Notes: generated by a model from the sequence alone, not told the origin. A stretch of 64,000 nt of DNA from Selaginella moellendorffii (GCF_000143415.4 NW_003314312.1:1-64000); one strand, 5' to 3'; shown: positions 9,530 through 21,994, counted from the stretch's first letter. Made by a program: numbers and translations.

Positions 9530-10608
9530 TAAATGTCAGTCTTGGAAATGGGGCTTCATAATCATAGCTTTCTTGTAAACATAAGAGCTTCTAGAATTTT
9601 AGATTATCGTGTATACACATGCTCTATCATTATGATGAATCCTACTTTGCTACACATATATTCTTTTCTACACATGCCAAATGTCTACGGAAATAAATTG
9701 CAAGGAAATATAGACCACATTATAGTGGTAGAGCACGTTGGCACGCTACCATTCTCTCATGTGAGATTGCCTTTTAATCTTGGAAGTGTAGATAAAGTTG
9801 ATTCTTTGATGTGATATTACTTTTGAGTCTTTCGAAAGATTTTGATTTCTTTTATCATTATTTACAAACAATTCCCAAAAACTTTTAATGAGGATTCACT
9901 GCAAAATATACCTTGGTCTTATCATATGAGAGGATTGCGATATAGGCAAGCAATAGAGTTTTTAATATGAATTAATATGTAAATTACAAATGTCATAGAA
10001 AGTTTTATGGAGTAGATTTCTTGGTGCTTTCCGCTGTGCTGTTCATTTCTTCATTTCTCTTGCTCTGGACTGTTGTTTCAGAAGTAACAGGAGCATTTTT
10101 ATCAATCGTGATAGTGGTCTCCACATTCCCAGATGGGTAATAAGGACCAGGAGTGTAATATGGAGATTGTGGTAGTGAAACAAAATTAACATTCTCACAT
10201 TCCTTTGCACTACAACTCTTACTCACAGATCTTGTATTTTCCTTGCTTCCCATCTTCTCAAGAACCCTAAAAACTCTTTTGAATGAAGGAATAGTATCTA
10301 CAGCTGTAAAAGTATTCAAAATATTAAGTAGTCAAATCAAATATGACAGCTGTAACAGTTGTCATAATAAAATAATATAGTTTTATAAAAGATAGGTTCT
10401 CATGAACTTTGTCTTTTTTAAACAATTCAATCTTATAGAAACTTTTAACTTAGATATTTACATATTTTAATATTTTAAAGTTTGCTAGAACCTTCATTTG
10501 TTCAATTTAGATCTCCTTTGTAATATTTCTTATTGACTATGTTGACTTGAGTTGACTTGTGTTGAATTGAGCTCAACTCATGAGCTCAACTCAACTTTGG
10601 ACCATCCC

Positions 10609-13600
10609 CATTCTTGGGATGCCATGGTTGGTGAAGGTGGATCCAGAGATAAAGTGGAGTATTAAGCGTATTTCACTGGAGTATAGTGGTGTTAAAGATG
10701 TGTGGTTTGGTGAGGGCGTTCAACCATCAGTTGTTATACTCTCTACTACATCTTTGAAGCGGGCTTGTCATAATGGAAAAGCACTTTTGAGTTACTTGCT
10801 ATTTGTTCGTGACTTGAGGAACCAAGGCACGTGTGGGGGAGAAGCAGCAGTACGGGATGTACTAGACAAGTTTTCTAATGTTTTTCCATCTAAACTTCCT
10901 TATGGATTGCCTCCGTTACGAGGTGTGGAGCATGGGATTACATTGGAGCCGGGGACATGACCAATTTACCGGTGTCCACTTCAGTTAAGTTATGCGGAGG
11001 AGCAAAAAATTCAACGACAAGTCAAGGAGTTACTTGAGTTTGGATTTATTCAGCCAAGTAAGTCTCCGTTTGGTGCTTCGGTCTTGCTTGTGAAAAAAAA
11101 GGACGGTTCAATACGAATGTGTATTGACTACCGCACTTTGAACAAGAAGACAGTGAAGGATAAGATGCCGATGCCACGTGTGGATGATATCCTGGACAAG
11201 CTTGGTGAAGCACGAGTGTTTACCAAAATTGATCTGAGGAGTGGATATCATCAGATTGTAATGGATGATGCATCTATCTCCAAGACAGCATTTAACACAA
11301 GCTTCAGACATTTTGAGTTTATAGTTATGCCGTTTGGTTTGATGAATGCACCAGCCACATTTACTCGGTTGATGATGAAGATATTTGAGTGTTATCTTCA
11401 TGAGTTTGTGGAGATTTTCTTGGATGATATTCATGTTTTTAGCAAGAATATAGAGGAGCATAGGGTGCATTTACACAAGGTTCTTTTGTTACTTCGAGAC
11501 AACAAACTTTATGTGAAGAAGAGCAAATATGAATTTGCAAAGTCGAAGGTGGAATATCTAGGCCATATTGTGACATCTAAGGGTGTCAAGACGAATCTAA
11601 GGAAGGTGGCTGTGGTGGAAAACTAGCCTACACCGACTACAGTGGCCAAGTTGCGCAATTTTCTTGGTATGGCTAGTTACTACCGATATTTCCAGCATAA
11701 GTTTGTAGAGGTGGCTATTCCTTTGATACAGTTGTTACGCAAGAATGTGCCATTCAAGTGGAGGAAGCCATAAGAGGAGAGTTTTGTAGCGCTGAAACGA
11801 TTATTGAGCGAGACTCCAGTGCTTCGCATTGCTGATCCATCGAAACCTTACAAAGTGACATGTGATGTGAGTGGTTATGCACTGGGAGGCATTCTCATGC
11901 AAGAGGGACAACCTATTGCATATGAGAGTCGAACTTTGAATTCCGCAGAGCAATGCTATTTCACATATGAGCAAGAGTTACTCTCTATTGTTCATGCTTT
12001 GCGGATGTGGCAGCACTATCTTTATGGTGCAGTGTTCGTGGTGTTGACAGATCACAAACCACTTGTGTCTCTTTTCACACAGAAGGAGTTGAACACTAGG
12101 CAAACTCGTTGGATAGTCAAACTTATGGAGTTTAGGGAGTTTTCTATTGAGCATCGTCTGGGAAAATCAAATGTGGTGGCAAATGCTTTATCTCGTGTTT
12201 GTCATGTGATGACATTACAAACACGATTTTGTCATCATTTGAGTAAAGTGGTTAGTGAGTTTGGGTAGTTGGTTGAGCATGCTCAGGCTCAAGATGCTGA
12301 GGTGGCCTCTTTGCGAGACCAGATGGAAGCTCCTTTCTCATTAGTGGATGGGATTCTCTACTACAATGGCCGTGTATATTTGCCACCGGTGGATGCATTA
12401 ATTACTCAAGTTTTATTCCACTATCATGATCGTCCAGAGGCCGGTCATTTTGGGGGGAAGAAGACGTTTGAGTTGATTAAGTGCAACTTTTATTGGAGGA
12501 ATATAAAGGCTGATATCTTCAAGTATTGTAAATCATGCAAGCTTTGTCAGCGGGTTAAGGTGCCACGGGAGAAACCGGGGGACTTTTGTAACCTTTACCT
12601 ATTCCTCAAAGCCGTTGGTGTAGTATCTCTATGGACTTCATCACTTGTTTGCCACGAACACAAAGGCAAAAGGAGCAAGTATGGGTCATAGTGGATCGGT
12701 TGACAAAGTGTGTGCGATTGTTGGCTCTTCGGAAGACTGTCACTGTCTCAGACTTGGCTGCAGTTTATTTGGAGAAGGTTTTTCCTGATTTTGGTTTGCC
12801 GGAAGATATCATTAGTGATCGAGATTCAAAGTTCACTAGTGGATTTTGGAAAAGCTTTACAAAGGCTATGCAAGTGACTTTGAAATTCTCGAGTGGAGAT
12901 CATCTTCAGACGGATGGGCAAACCAAGCGTGTGAATCAGGTGGTGGAGGATATGCTACGTTGTAGCATTGGTCAAAAGCAAGGACAATGGGATTTATATC
13001 TTCTGTTGGTGCAATTTGCTTACAACAATAGCCAACACAGTGGAACCAAGCTAAGTGGCCATAGAACTTGATGAGATTCTGGTGGTGTGCAAACGGAATT
13101 TGCAAGCAACTCAGGATAGAGTAAAGAAGTTTGCCAATGAGCATTGCCAATTCTGGGAATATAAGGTGGGTGATCTCGTCTTTGTGCGCGTGATCTTTCC
13201 GTCAAGTGAGCAGTGGAACACCTTGGTGCCTTTACAGACAGGGAAGAGTGATAAAATTTCCTATCGATATGCTGGTCCATATGAAGTGCTGGAGCGTATT
13301 GGTAAAACGGCTTATAGGGTGCGGCTACTAGCTGGGGTGAAAATTCATCCGATATTTTATGTTAGCCAGTTGAAAGATGTACTATCTCGGAGTGATGGGC
13401 CCAATGCCTCCTTGATGTATATGGCTGTAGAAGATGGACCAAGAGCTTGAGCAGGGTTCCCTAGAAAGGGTGATCACCGGTACAACTCGTCCTTGGGACA
13501 AGGACTTTGTTGGGGGGGAAGAATTGTTAGGCACCAGCTTTGACTACGTGGTCAACATTGGTCAAAGGGAGGCTCAAGGGTATATTAAGGCATGTTAGGG

Positions 13601-13748
13601 TAAGGGACTTAACCTACCCTAGGGCTCACAGTGGAGCGGCGGCACAGTGGAGAGCTCGGGGGTGGTTGGGTGGTGAGGAACCTCAAGAGGCAGCGTAACA
13701 TAGTCTAGGGTGACTAGATCTTTGTCTTTTTTGCGCCAGATCATAACA
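10609..13748 (+). mobile_element. 5'-truncated Ty3/Gypsy LTR retrotransposon: protease-RT-RNase H-integrase pseudogene, PPT and 3' LTR
   Basis: ILGMPWL (protease); RT KKKDGSIRMCIDYR...DLRSGYHQ...FLDDI; RNase H VTCDVSGYALGGIL; integrase HDRPEAGH...CKLC, MDFIT, SDRD, QTDGQT. Multiple stops and frameshifts. PPT ggggggaagaa at about 13512-13523. Confidence 0.92.
13525..13748 (+). repeat. 224-bp 3' LTR
   Basis: Starts TGTTAG directly after the PPT and ends TAACA (inverted termini); TATA-like tatattaa at about 13581. Confidence 0.8.
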
Positions 13749-13803
13749 CATAAACTCGTCAAAGTCTTTCAATATTTCATCTACTATATGTTGAAATATT
13801 GCA

Positions 13804-14120
13804 TTAGTCCCCAATCAACCCAAATGACATTATAGTGAACTTGTTTAAACTTGTCATAGTTTGGTAGACAGTATTCATAGAATCAAAAAAATTTATAATT
13901 ATTTTCAAATACCCTGATGTCATATCTAAGATAGTGAAATATTGATTGTTCTCAAAGAATTCATTAACTGGAGGCAATAGATGCAAATTAGCCACTGTGA
14001 TATCATTCATAGAACAATAATGGATTTTAAATCACTTACTCTAATTTGGTTTAGGAACAAGATATTGCTATAGAGCCTATGGAATATTGATTTCCAAAAT
14101 CAAGCACTTCTTTCATACAC
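13804..14120 (-). pseudogene. Highly degenerate Gypsy reverse-transcriptase fragment
   Basis: NDITV...LP...YFTILDMTSGY...FTIMSFGL resembles the RT segment LN..T.....LP...YFS.LDL.SGY...F..MPFGL. Confidence 0.6.
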
Positions 14121-14323
14121 TTGCTCATTTTCTTCTTCTTCTGAGGAAATCACTAGCAAAAGCCCATTTTTATAGGACATGCATCTCAAGTAGAAATACT
14201 ATATTGTGCACATGTGGTGGACTTTGGTCTGATTAATAATGGGACCAAATAGCTTAAAAAAAATTTGAGTTAAGAGTTTTTCAACATACCCCTCATATTC
14301 TGCAGAAGAAGGCTTAAGTTGCA

Positions 14324-14589
14324 ATGTTGACCAATTCTGAAAAAGCAAACATGAATCTCTTGTCTTCCATGAACTCAATACCACATATGGAGAAAGAGAT
14401 AAAAACTTCTACATTTTTGAAAAAGTATTGATTAAGGACATTGGCATCTTGATAACAATTTTCACAATTTGTGGTACTTAACCAATGCTTTTTCAAAAGT
14501 GCACAACCCTTGCTCTCTTTCTCCATATGTGGTATTGAGTTCATGGAACACAAGAGATTCATGTTTTCTTTTTCAGGATTAGTCAACAT
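14324..14589. repeat. 75-bp inverted repeat with a 116-bp spacer (MITE or fold-back-like)
   Basis: Arms 14324-14398 and 14515-14589 are reverse complements with about 4 mismatches. Confidence 0.85.
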
Positions 14590-15237
14590 CAATAACTTAT
14601 AATATTGATAGGACTCTCTATCATAGAATTAAGATCTAAACAAGCTTACATATTCAAACTAACTAACTAATATAATGGTTTTTATCTAAGATTATAAGGC
14701 CAAAGTTAATTTAAATAATTAATAATGTTTGGTTTGCTTCATTCTTATTTAGTATTATTGAATAATATAATTGATCAACAATTATAAAAATGTTTATAAT
14801 TTTTACATCAAGATTAGCATACAATTAGATAGAAAGTGCTTAGGAAATTTTATAAATTATAAATACAAGATTAATCTAAATGAATAACAACCATTAGATG
14901 GTAGAATGTCTTAGAATATCTATGCATATTCTAAGTATGTACACTACCACAGGTTTTGTCAAACAAACCAAAAATAAAATCAAAAAGGGAATATATTTTT
15001 ATAAATTATAAATTATAAAGTGATCTACTTCTTAACATTATCAATAACATCTATTTTTCCTTATTTATAAAACTTCTCCATTTTGATTGATGCTATTGCA
15101 GCATTGACTATTATGAATCACATAAATATTCTAAACATAATATGTAACTAATTCCTCCTATATTTCTATGCTTAAGTTTTTTAATCATATTTAACCATCT
15201 TGTAGAGTATAGCCATCTATTAATATAATCATTTATA

Positions 15238-15624
15238 ATGACTTTAATAGTAACAGCATTATTAATATTATTTTGTACTACTAATGGTAAAATAACTGTA
15301 AGTGTTTTAAATAGGGTGGGTTCAAAACTAGAATTACACTGTGCATCAGCAGACGTTAATATGGGTATAAAAACTATTAATGATCGTCAAGGAATTTCAT
15401 TTGAATTTAGTGAGAAATGGTTTGCAACAACAGAATTTTGGTGCACTGCAAAAATAGAAAATATAAAATACACTACTTTTACAGCATATAAAGCAGGTAA
15501 TTCTGACTATGGAGGACAACCTAATATTGAATGGTATATATTTTCATATGCAATTTTTATGACTCATAAACAAGCATTAGATCCAAATGAATGGAGTATA
15601 CCTATGAGATATTATTTGTGGTAA
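15238..15624 (+). CDS. S-protein homologue (plant self-incompatibility S1/SPH family), small secreted protein
   Basis: Signal peptide MTLIVTALLILFC; V.V.N...L.LHCAS.D.NMG...F.F...F.TT.FWC...F.AY pattern; intronless, 128 aa. Confidence 0.85.
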   Translation: MTLIVTALLILFCTTNGKITVSVLNRVGSKLELHCASADVNMGIKTINDRQGISFEFSEKWFATTEFWCTAKIENIKYTTFTAYKAGNSDYGGQPNIEWYIFSYAIFMTHKQALDPNEWSIPMRYYLW

Positions 15625-16619
15625 TAATTGTTTTTTAAATTTTACTAAATAAATGTTTTTAAAAATTATATAGCATAATTGTTAATTGTATTAAATTAAA
15701 AATCCTTATTTAATATATAATTTTATAATGTTTTATATTATAATAATGTTTTCTAAATAATTATGTTTTATTTTATTTTTATGCATAAATAAGTATTTTT
15801 AATTTAAATATGTTTATAAATAAAAATAATTTGTTGTCTAATTAATCTTAGGAAAATGTAATTGGTGTCAATGCTTGATCATACTCCATACTATGGTGGG
15901 AAAGCAATGGGAAGATAGAATGTAAGTGATAATATATTGAAAACTGTTCCTCAAGCATTTTATTCTCCCCCTTCTGTATGAGAAAGAACATTGTCATTCC
16001 TGTTATGGCTCTTGTTTCATCGGTCTCCTGATACTTCCTCCATTTGCTCTCCACTCATCCAAACCAGTCCCTGTTTCAGACTTAGTGCTGTTGCTTCATG
16101 TTCCCAAAGAAATCCATAAGAAACTTTCACCTCCAGATTGGCATCCATTAGTTTTCTCTCCCATGTAGACGATCCCACAAAGCTTATATACATGATGGTG
16201 ATGGAAAGCTATTGATATGATGCTTTGTAGACTTCCATAAAGCCTTGACACAGTCTGGTGATGGCCATAGCAAACACAATTTACATCATTTGCCTCCACG
16301 GTTGAGAGACTGGGGAATTCTATATATGCTCCCTGGGTGTAAACATCTTTCTATTTATCTATAAAAGTCGCAACAAGTTTTCTGATCTTTTGGCATGGCT
16401 TGGCTGAATTCCATAGAACTCATTTGGAATGGAATTCTTTCTACTAGACTATGAGAACTGGTACCCTGTGTGTGGAAGCGAATTCACTAAAATGCTCAAA
16501 TAAATAAAACCTTCATTATACTAAGCTACTAAAACATCAACTATATAGAAAATAATCATTATGTACACCTGAGTTCTAAACAAGATATATTTGTAGAAAC
16601 CATACAAATATAATTAACA

Positions 16620-18520
16620 GAGAAACATGGCCTGAAAATGAATGTTGGCAAGAAACACAAACGATCCCACAGCCCATACCCAGCAACAGAAATGAGACCA
16701 CTTCTCGTAAATCAGGGACAAAAGGCATTTGCTTTAGAAGCTCTATGGCATCGATCGAGTAGGCTCTTTTTCCCAGCATGTCAATCATACAGCCATAGTG
16801 ATCCTTGTTGGGTTTCATGCTATTGTCGCTACTAATTGCACAAAAGAGCCTCCACCCAGAAGATAAGTCCCCATGGCTGGATCCAATAAGAGCACACGAG
16901 AAACATGCCTCGTCAGGAACATACCCTTGGAGTTCCAAATCTCAAAAGAGATCAAGAGCATCTTCAGGATGTCCAGAGCGGGTATATGCCACCATCATGG
17001 AGCTCCATGAGACCGAGCTTAAGTGAGGCATAGCATTAAAGAGGCATAGCATTAAAAACTTTGCGAGCTCTTTTGAGATGTCCGTTCTGGGCGTAAGTGG
17101 AAATCATCGAGTTCCAAGAGAAAGTGTCCCGATATGGAATCTCACCAAAGAGAATCTCCACACATTTAAGCCTCTTTGTACTTGCTAGCACGGAGAACAT
17201 CATGCTAGAAGAAGCCAAGCTCCTGAACGGCATCATGTAGACATTGACTCGGCATGATCAAAATACCCAGTTTCGGCATATGCGGAAAGCATTGTGTTCC
17301 AAGCTAGAAAATTCTTCTCCGGGGTTTCATCAAATACGTGCTTTGCGCTCTCAATATTTTTGGTCTTTGCAAATGCCGTGATCATCAGATTGCATGACAC
17401 GAGATCGTGAAGCGGCATTGGAGTGAAGAAGAGTCTCTCAACACTTTAGTGCTTCCACACTGACCAAGAGCATCGAATTCCAAGAAATCTGATCACGCTG
17501 TGGCATGCTATCGAAGATCTTCTTTGCGCCTTCAATCGAGCCTCCGGACTGTGCGTGCGCTGCGAGCATGATGTTCCACGACAAGAGGTTGCAGAGCTTC
17601 ATGGATGAAAAGATCTCTCTGGCCCGCTCCAGATCCCTGTGCTGGGCATAAGAGGCGAGCATCGCGTTGTAACTCGCGAGGCTGGAATCGAAGGTGCGTC
17701 GCGATTCTTGGAGCTGCCCGTGCTGCGCGAAAGCGATCACCATCACGTTCCAGGAGATCGCATCCCTCTCCGGCATTCGATCGAAAGCGCGCTGGATTCC
17801 TGGAGGTGGACATTCTGAGAGTAGCACGAGATTAGAGCGTTCCAGGACGAGATGGATCGCTCCGGCATGGCATCAAATAGCGCCTTGGCCTCTTCCACAT
17901 GACCGTGATCTACCAGAGCCGAGAGCATCGCGTTCCAGCAAATGAGATCCTTGTGCGGCATTCTCTTCGCAAAGATCTCTCTCGAGATGGCAAGATGCCC
18001 TTGCTGGGCATATACAACGAGCATAGCAGTGGAGGAAACAACATCGTGCTCTGGCATGGCGCCAAAGATTATCCTCTATTTCTCCAGAGAAAACGCATCT
18101 AGCACTGCATTCCAGGAGATGATGCTCCAAACCGGCATGGTCTCAAAGATCTCCAAAGCATCTTCTGGAAGCCCGTTTCTGGCAAATGCTGTAAGCATTG
18201 CAGTCCACGAGAAAAGATTAGGATCTGGCATCACATTGAAAACCTCTTTAGCCAGTAGAAACTCGTTATTGCGCAAATACCCACTCAGCATCGAGTTCCA
18301 AGAGATCGAGTCCACCCAGGCATGGACTGGAAGAGCTCTGCCGCCTCTACTAGATGCCCGTTTTTGGCAAATACGGCAATCATCGAGTTCCATGAAACAA
18401 GATCCCTCTCTGGCATTGCATCGAAAGTTCCTTTTGCCCTGACAACGTCCCTGGCACGAATGTAGGCGGCAAGTTTTGTGCTCAAAGAGAGAGGCTGCTG
18501 ATCTAGGCCTACAAGATCGT
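16620..18520 (-). pseudogene. PLS-class pentatricopeptide repeat (PPR) pseudogene
   Basis: Repeated FD.MPER(D/N).VSWN.M motifs split across several frames, ending with HYGCMIDMLG...QMPFVPD. Confidence 0.9.
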
Positions 18521-19499
18521 AGTTGTGGAGTTGGATCGTTGCACAGCTGTGAGTAACCATCTAAGCGAGCATCCGCAGATAAAGGCATTGTTCTTGGCAA
18601 CAATAGTGACCATAGCATTAATCTTAAATTAATTTCAGCAAGAATCTTACCTTTAATAGTGGATATTTTCTATACTATCGTCCAACGGTTCTTATTCATT
18701 TAGAATTTGTTTATAAATTATAATTTATAAACCCATATTGATAAGGGTACAATCCCGCCAACTCACACATTTGTTTTGAATCAACTCATAAGGTGATGGA
18801 CTGTCCACTAAATATTGGAAGACAGCTTGCCATAAGTAGAGAGCTCAGTTTTCTCAAGGAACTAAGGAGGCAAAAGATGAAGTGCTACTCTTCTCCTTGT
18901 TCTTCACAAAATTGATGGGTGCCATGGTGGATTGTTGTTGCTATTGCTTTCTTCCCCCAGTCCAGTTTCTAGTATGGATAAGGAATGTTTTATAGCAATC
19001 AATACTAGCTCTTCAGCAGATCCTTCTTTTGTGGGCAATTATCACAGCTTTGGTTCCAATTACATATAAGATTCCTTTTGTTTAGCAAATCTAAACTAGT
19101 TAGTTTAGCTTTAAAATAATGCTATTCTTGGTTTGCTTTAAGTTTTTATATTTTTTGTTTAATATGTCTTTTACTTATAATTCAATATACAAATGAAACA
19201 AATTAAGATATGCATTTGTTTCAATTGATTTTTGATGGGTTGTGTATGATTTTGTTAAAAAATTATATAAATTTTCTCTAATGCCTCCTTTGTTGACTTA
19301 TTAAGTAAACAATAATTTCCAAAGCATTTTAGACAATCAAAGAAATTATAAATCTATGTAGTTAAGATATATATAGTGTTTGCACTTTTTTATTATAGAA
19401 AATGTTATGGAACATAATAAAGAATGTGACCAATAACTTTTATTAACTCTTTAAAAGTCCATTCAACATGACTGTAAATAAAGATTAATTAAACAATCT

Positions 19500-21994
19500 T
19501 TATACAGAAGAATTGAGATGACAAAGTGGTAATGATTGTGTGCTAGTTGACAATCAAATGCATTGACTTTACTGGGTAATAATACCATTTGATTAGTTTA
19601 AAGTTTTAGGCTTCTTATTTTAGATTGTGAATAATTTAGAAATTGCAACTTTAAAAGTTCTTATTACTTGATTGTGGATTAAAAGTCAAAGAGTTGCTTT
19701 CTTCATTTATAGTAGGATTTAAGACTAGACAAAACACTTTAGCTTCAGCAATTTAGCTAATATTTAACAAAGGAGCCAAACCAAATGGGACATATGGTAA
19801 AAAGAAATTCAGGAAGAGTTTCTCTAAAAATGAGTCTTTAGGGTTTTGGAATGGCAAATCTAGTGGCTAACTCTATTGTTCCAACTTGCCTTGGTGAATT
19901 AAAAATTCTAGCCTTTGTACTTCTTGAATTCATCCATGACATTCTTGTGGGAATCTCTTCCAAAAGATAATCTATCCTTAGAGTGTCTACCATAATATTG
20001 CTCTTTCTAGGTTTATACAAAATCTTGCAATCAAACTTGATCAAAGCATTAGCCCACTGATCTTGTTTTCTTCGCAGGTCAAATTTGACAAGAAGTGTTT
20101 TGTTGCCACATTATTCATATAAACTTTAAAGTGCCGTTCTAGGTAGTGTGGCCAATCCTTAAATGCTTTAACCATCGCAAATAATTTCTTTTCATGGGTA
20201 GGCCACTTTTTTTAACCTTGTTTAACTTCTTTGAAAAGAATGCCATTGGATGGCTGTTTTGCTTCAAAATTACGCCCAATACAAAGTTTAAAATGTTCAT
20301 TTCTATCTCAAAGTCCTTACTAAAATATAGTAATGCCAACACAAGAGTCTTCCTCAACTTCCCTTTGAGGTTTATCACGTCACATTCCATTATCCATACC
20401 TTTTTCCCTTTTCCCATTTCATCTATTAAAGGTAAGGTTACTCTTGTATAATATTTGATAAACTTTTGGTAGTAGTTGCATAGCCCTAAGAATGCCTTTA
20501 ACTTGTGTATATTCGATGGTTATTCCCATTATTAGATTACTTGAACCTTCTCAAGGTCCACTTTAAGCCGTTCTTGCCCACCACATGCTCGTGAGATTTT
20601 ACCTCTTGTTGAGCAAAACCACATTTATTCTCTTTAGTATATAATTTGTGTTCCTTTAATTTCTTAAACACCTTCATCAAGTGTTTGTCAAGTGTTGTTG
20701 CATTTTCTTTTGCTTCTCATCATGCTTTAGCTTCCATATAAAGGTTTTTAGCAAGGCATTAGTCTATGCCAATTGTCCTTTTAGAACGTTCAATTAAGCC
20801 TTGGATGACTAAACCTCATTATTGAACTCTTATTTAGAAATTTCCTCACTAAAGTCCTCTTTATGTATGGATTCCTCATCCATAGCTTTTTATTCGACTG
20901 AAGGTTCCATCTCTGGAGGAAGTTCTATCTTTGCCTTAGTTCTTTTATGCCCTACATTAGCCATTTCTTAACAATCGGCATCTATCCTTCATTAGAACTG
21001 AAAAAAAGGCTCCGATACCAAATGATAAACCATAAATTTTTTTTTCTAATTTGCCAACTTACCTCGTTTATCTAACCACCACTACCTTAACCTTAATTAA
21101 GTTCCCTCACCAAGGTTCCCACCTATTATACTAGTTTCTACTTAATTCTACTTAGTTCCAACTACTCACTGCATGAGCAATAGAGTTTTAGCTATCCGTC
21201 TACGGATTCCCAAATTCTCTCCTAATCCCATTCCCCGAGTTAGACTAGACTTAAAAGTTCTATTACATTACATGTAGGCACAAGCAGCCAAGCATATCAA
21301 GCCTCTATGTTTTTAACATCCCTTGGTACAATAAAATTTGATCATAAGACCCTCTAAATCCTAAGCTTTGGGTGCATCACTTGCTTTAAGACCCCAAAGG
21401 AAAACATCGTGGCCTAACAGCCTGATATGGGTACCTCTACTCCCCCACTTCCATCTTGAAGGGAAGGCCCAAGCCTCTAGGAAAGAGTGAGGACCAATAA
21501 GCTATAAGGTACTCAAGTGGGGCACCATTCCACATGAGCCAAGAGCACTATAATCAATTTTCCTTCCGAGAGTGGGAGTTACTTTTGAGCACTTTTTTGG
21601 GTGGCCTCTTTGGCACCACGTGAGTCCATGCTCACCCTAACCTTTAGTCTCAACCTCAAGTTAGTTTGGAAGCACTATTGGAGAGGTCTTTCAAACTTGG
21701 TTCTTAAACCTAACTATCCCTACTATACTTTTAGAACCCTCTACAATAGAGCCTCTACACTTCTCTACAATTGTTCATCATTTATTGGAAAATTGCTAGA
21801 GCATTATTCAAAAGAAACAACATCACCAAGAACTTATATAAACTAAATAATATATGAAAAGCAATCTTGGAAATATTTTTCTAGGACATAGGCACTTTCT
21901 AGTGTAAAATCTAACTTGATAAATCAATAACTTCTCCCCAGACGATCCAAGAGATTAGCAATGTGAGGTAGAAGGTACATATCCGGGATTATCA
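19500..21994 (-). mobile_element. Degenerate Gypsy-like LTR retrotransposon remnant with a 5' LTR (21023-21994) and tRNA-iMet PBS
   Basis: LTR termini TGATAA...TTATCA. PBS gctccgatacca at 21009-21020 (TGGTATCGGAGC on the minus strand). RNase H-like LAL.YFSKDFEIE...VLGVILKQNSHPMAFFSKKL at 20139-20417. Confidence 0.75.

Larger units (their letters stand above)
1..10608. mobile_element. Putative large Mutator-like (MULE) DNA transposon carrying a ParB-DNA methyltransferase gene and a zinc-finger gene; left end outside the window
   Basis: Contains a MULE-type transposase gene and recurrent TGACA(G/C) motifs. A repeat/hairpin-rich end at 10532-10608 abuts a Gypsy protease sequence mid-domain. The boundaries are inferred; no second TIR or TSD is visible. 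Confidence 0.6.
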
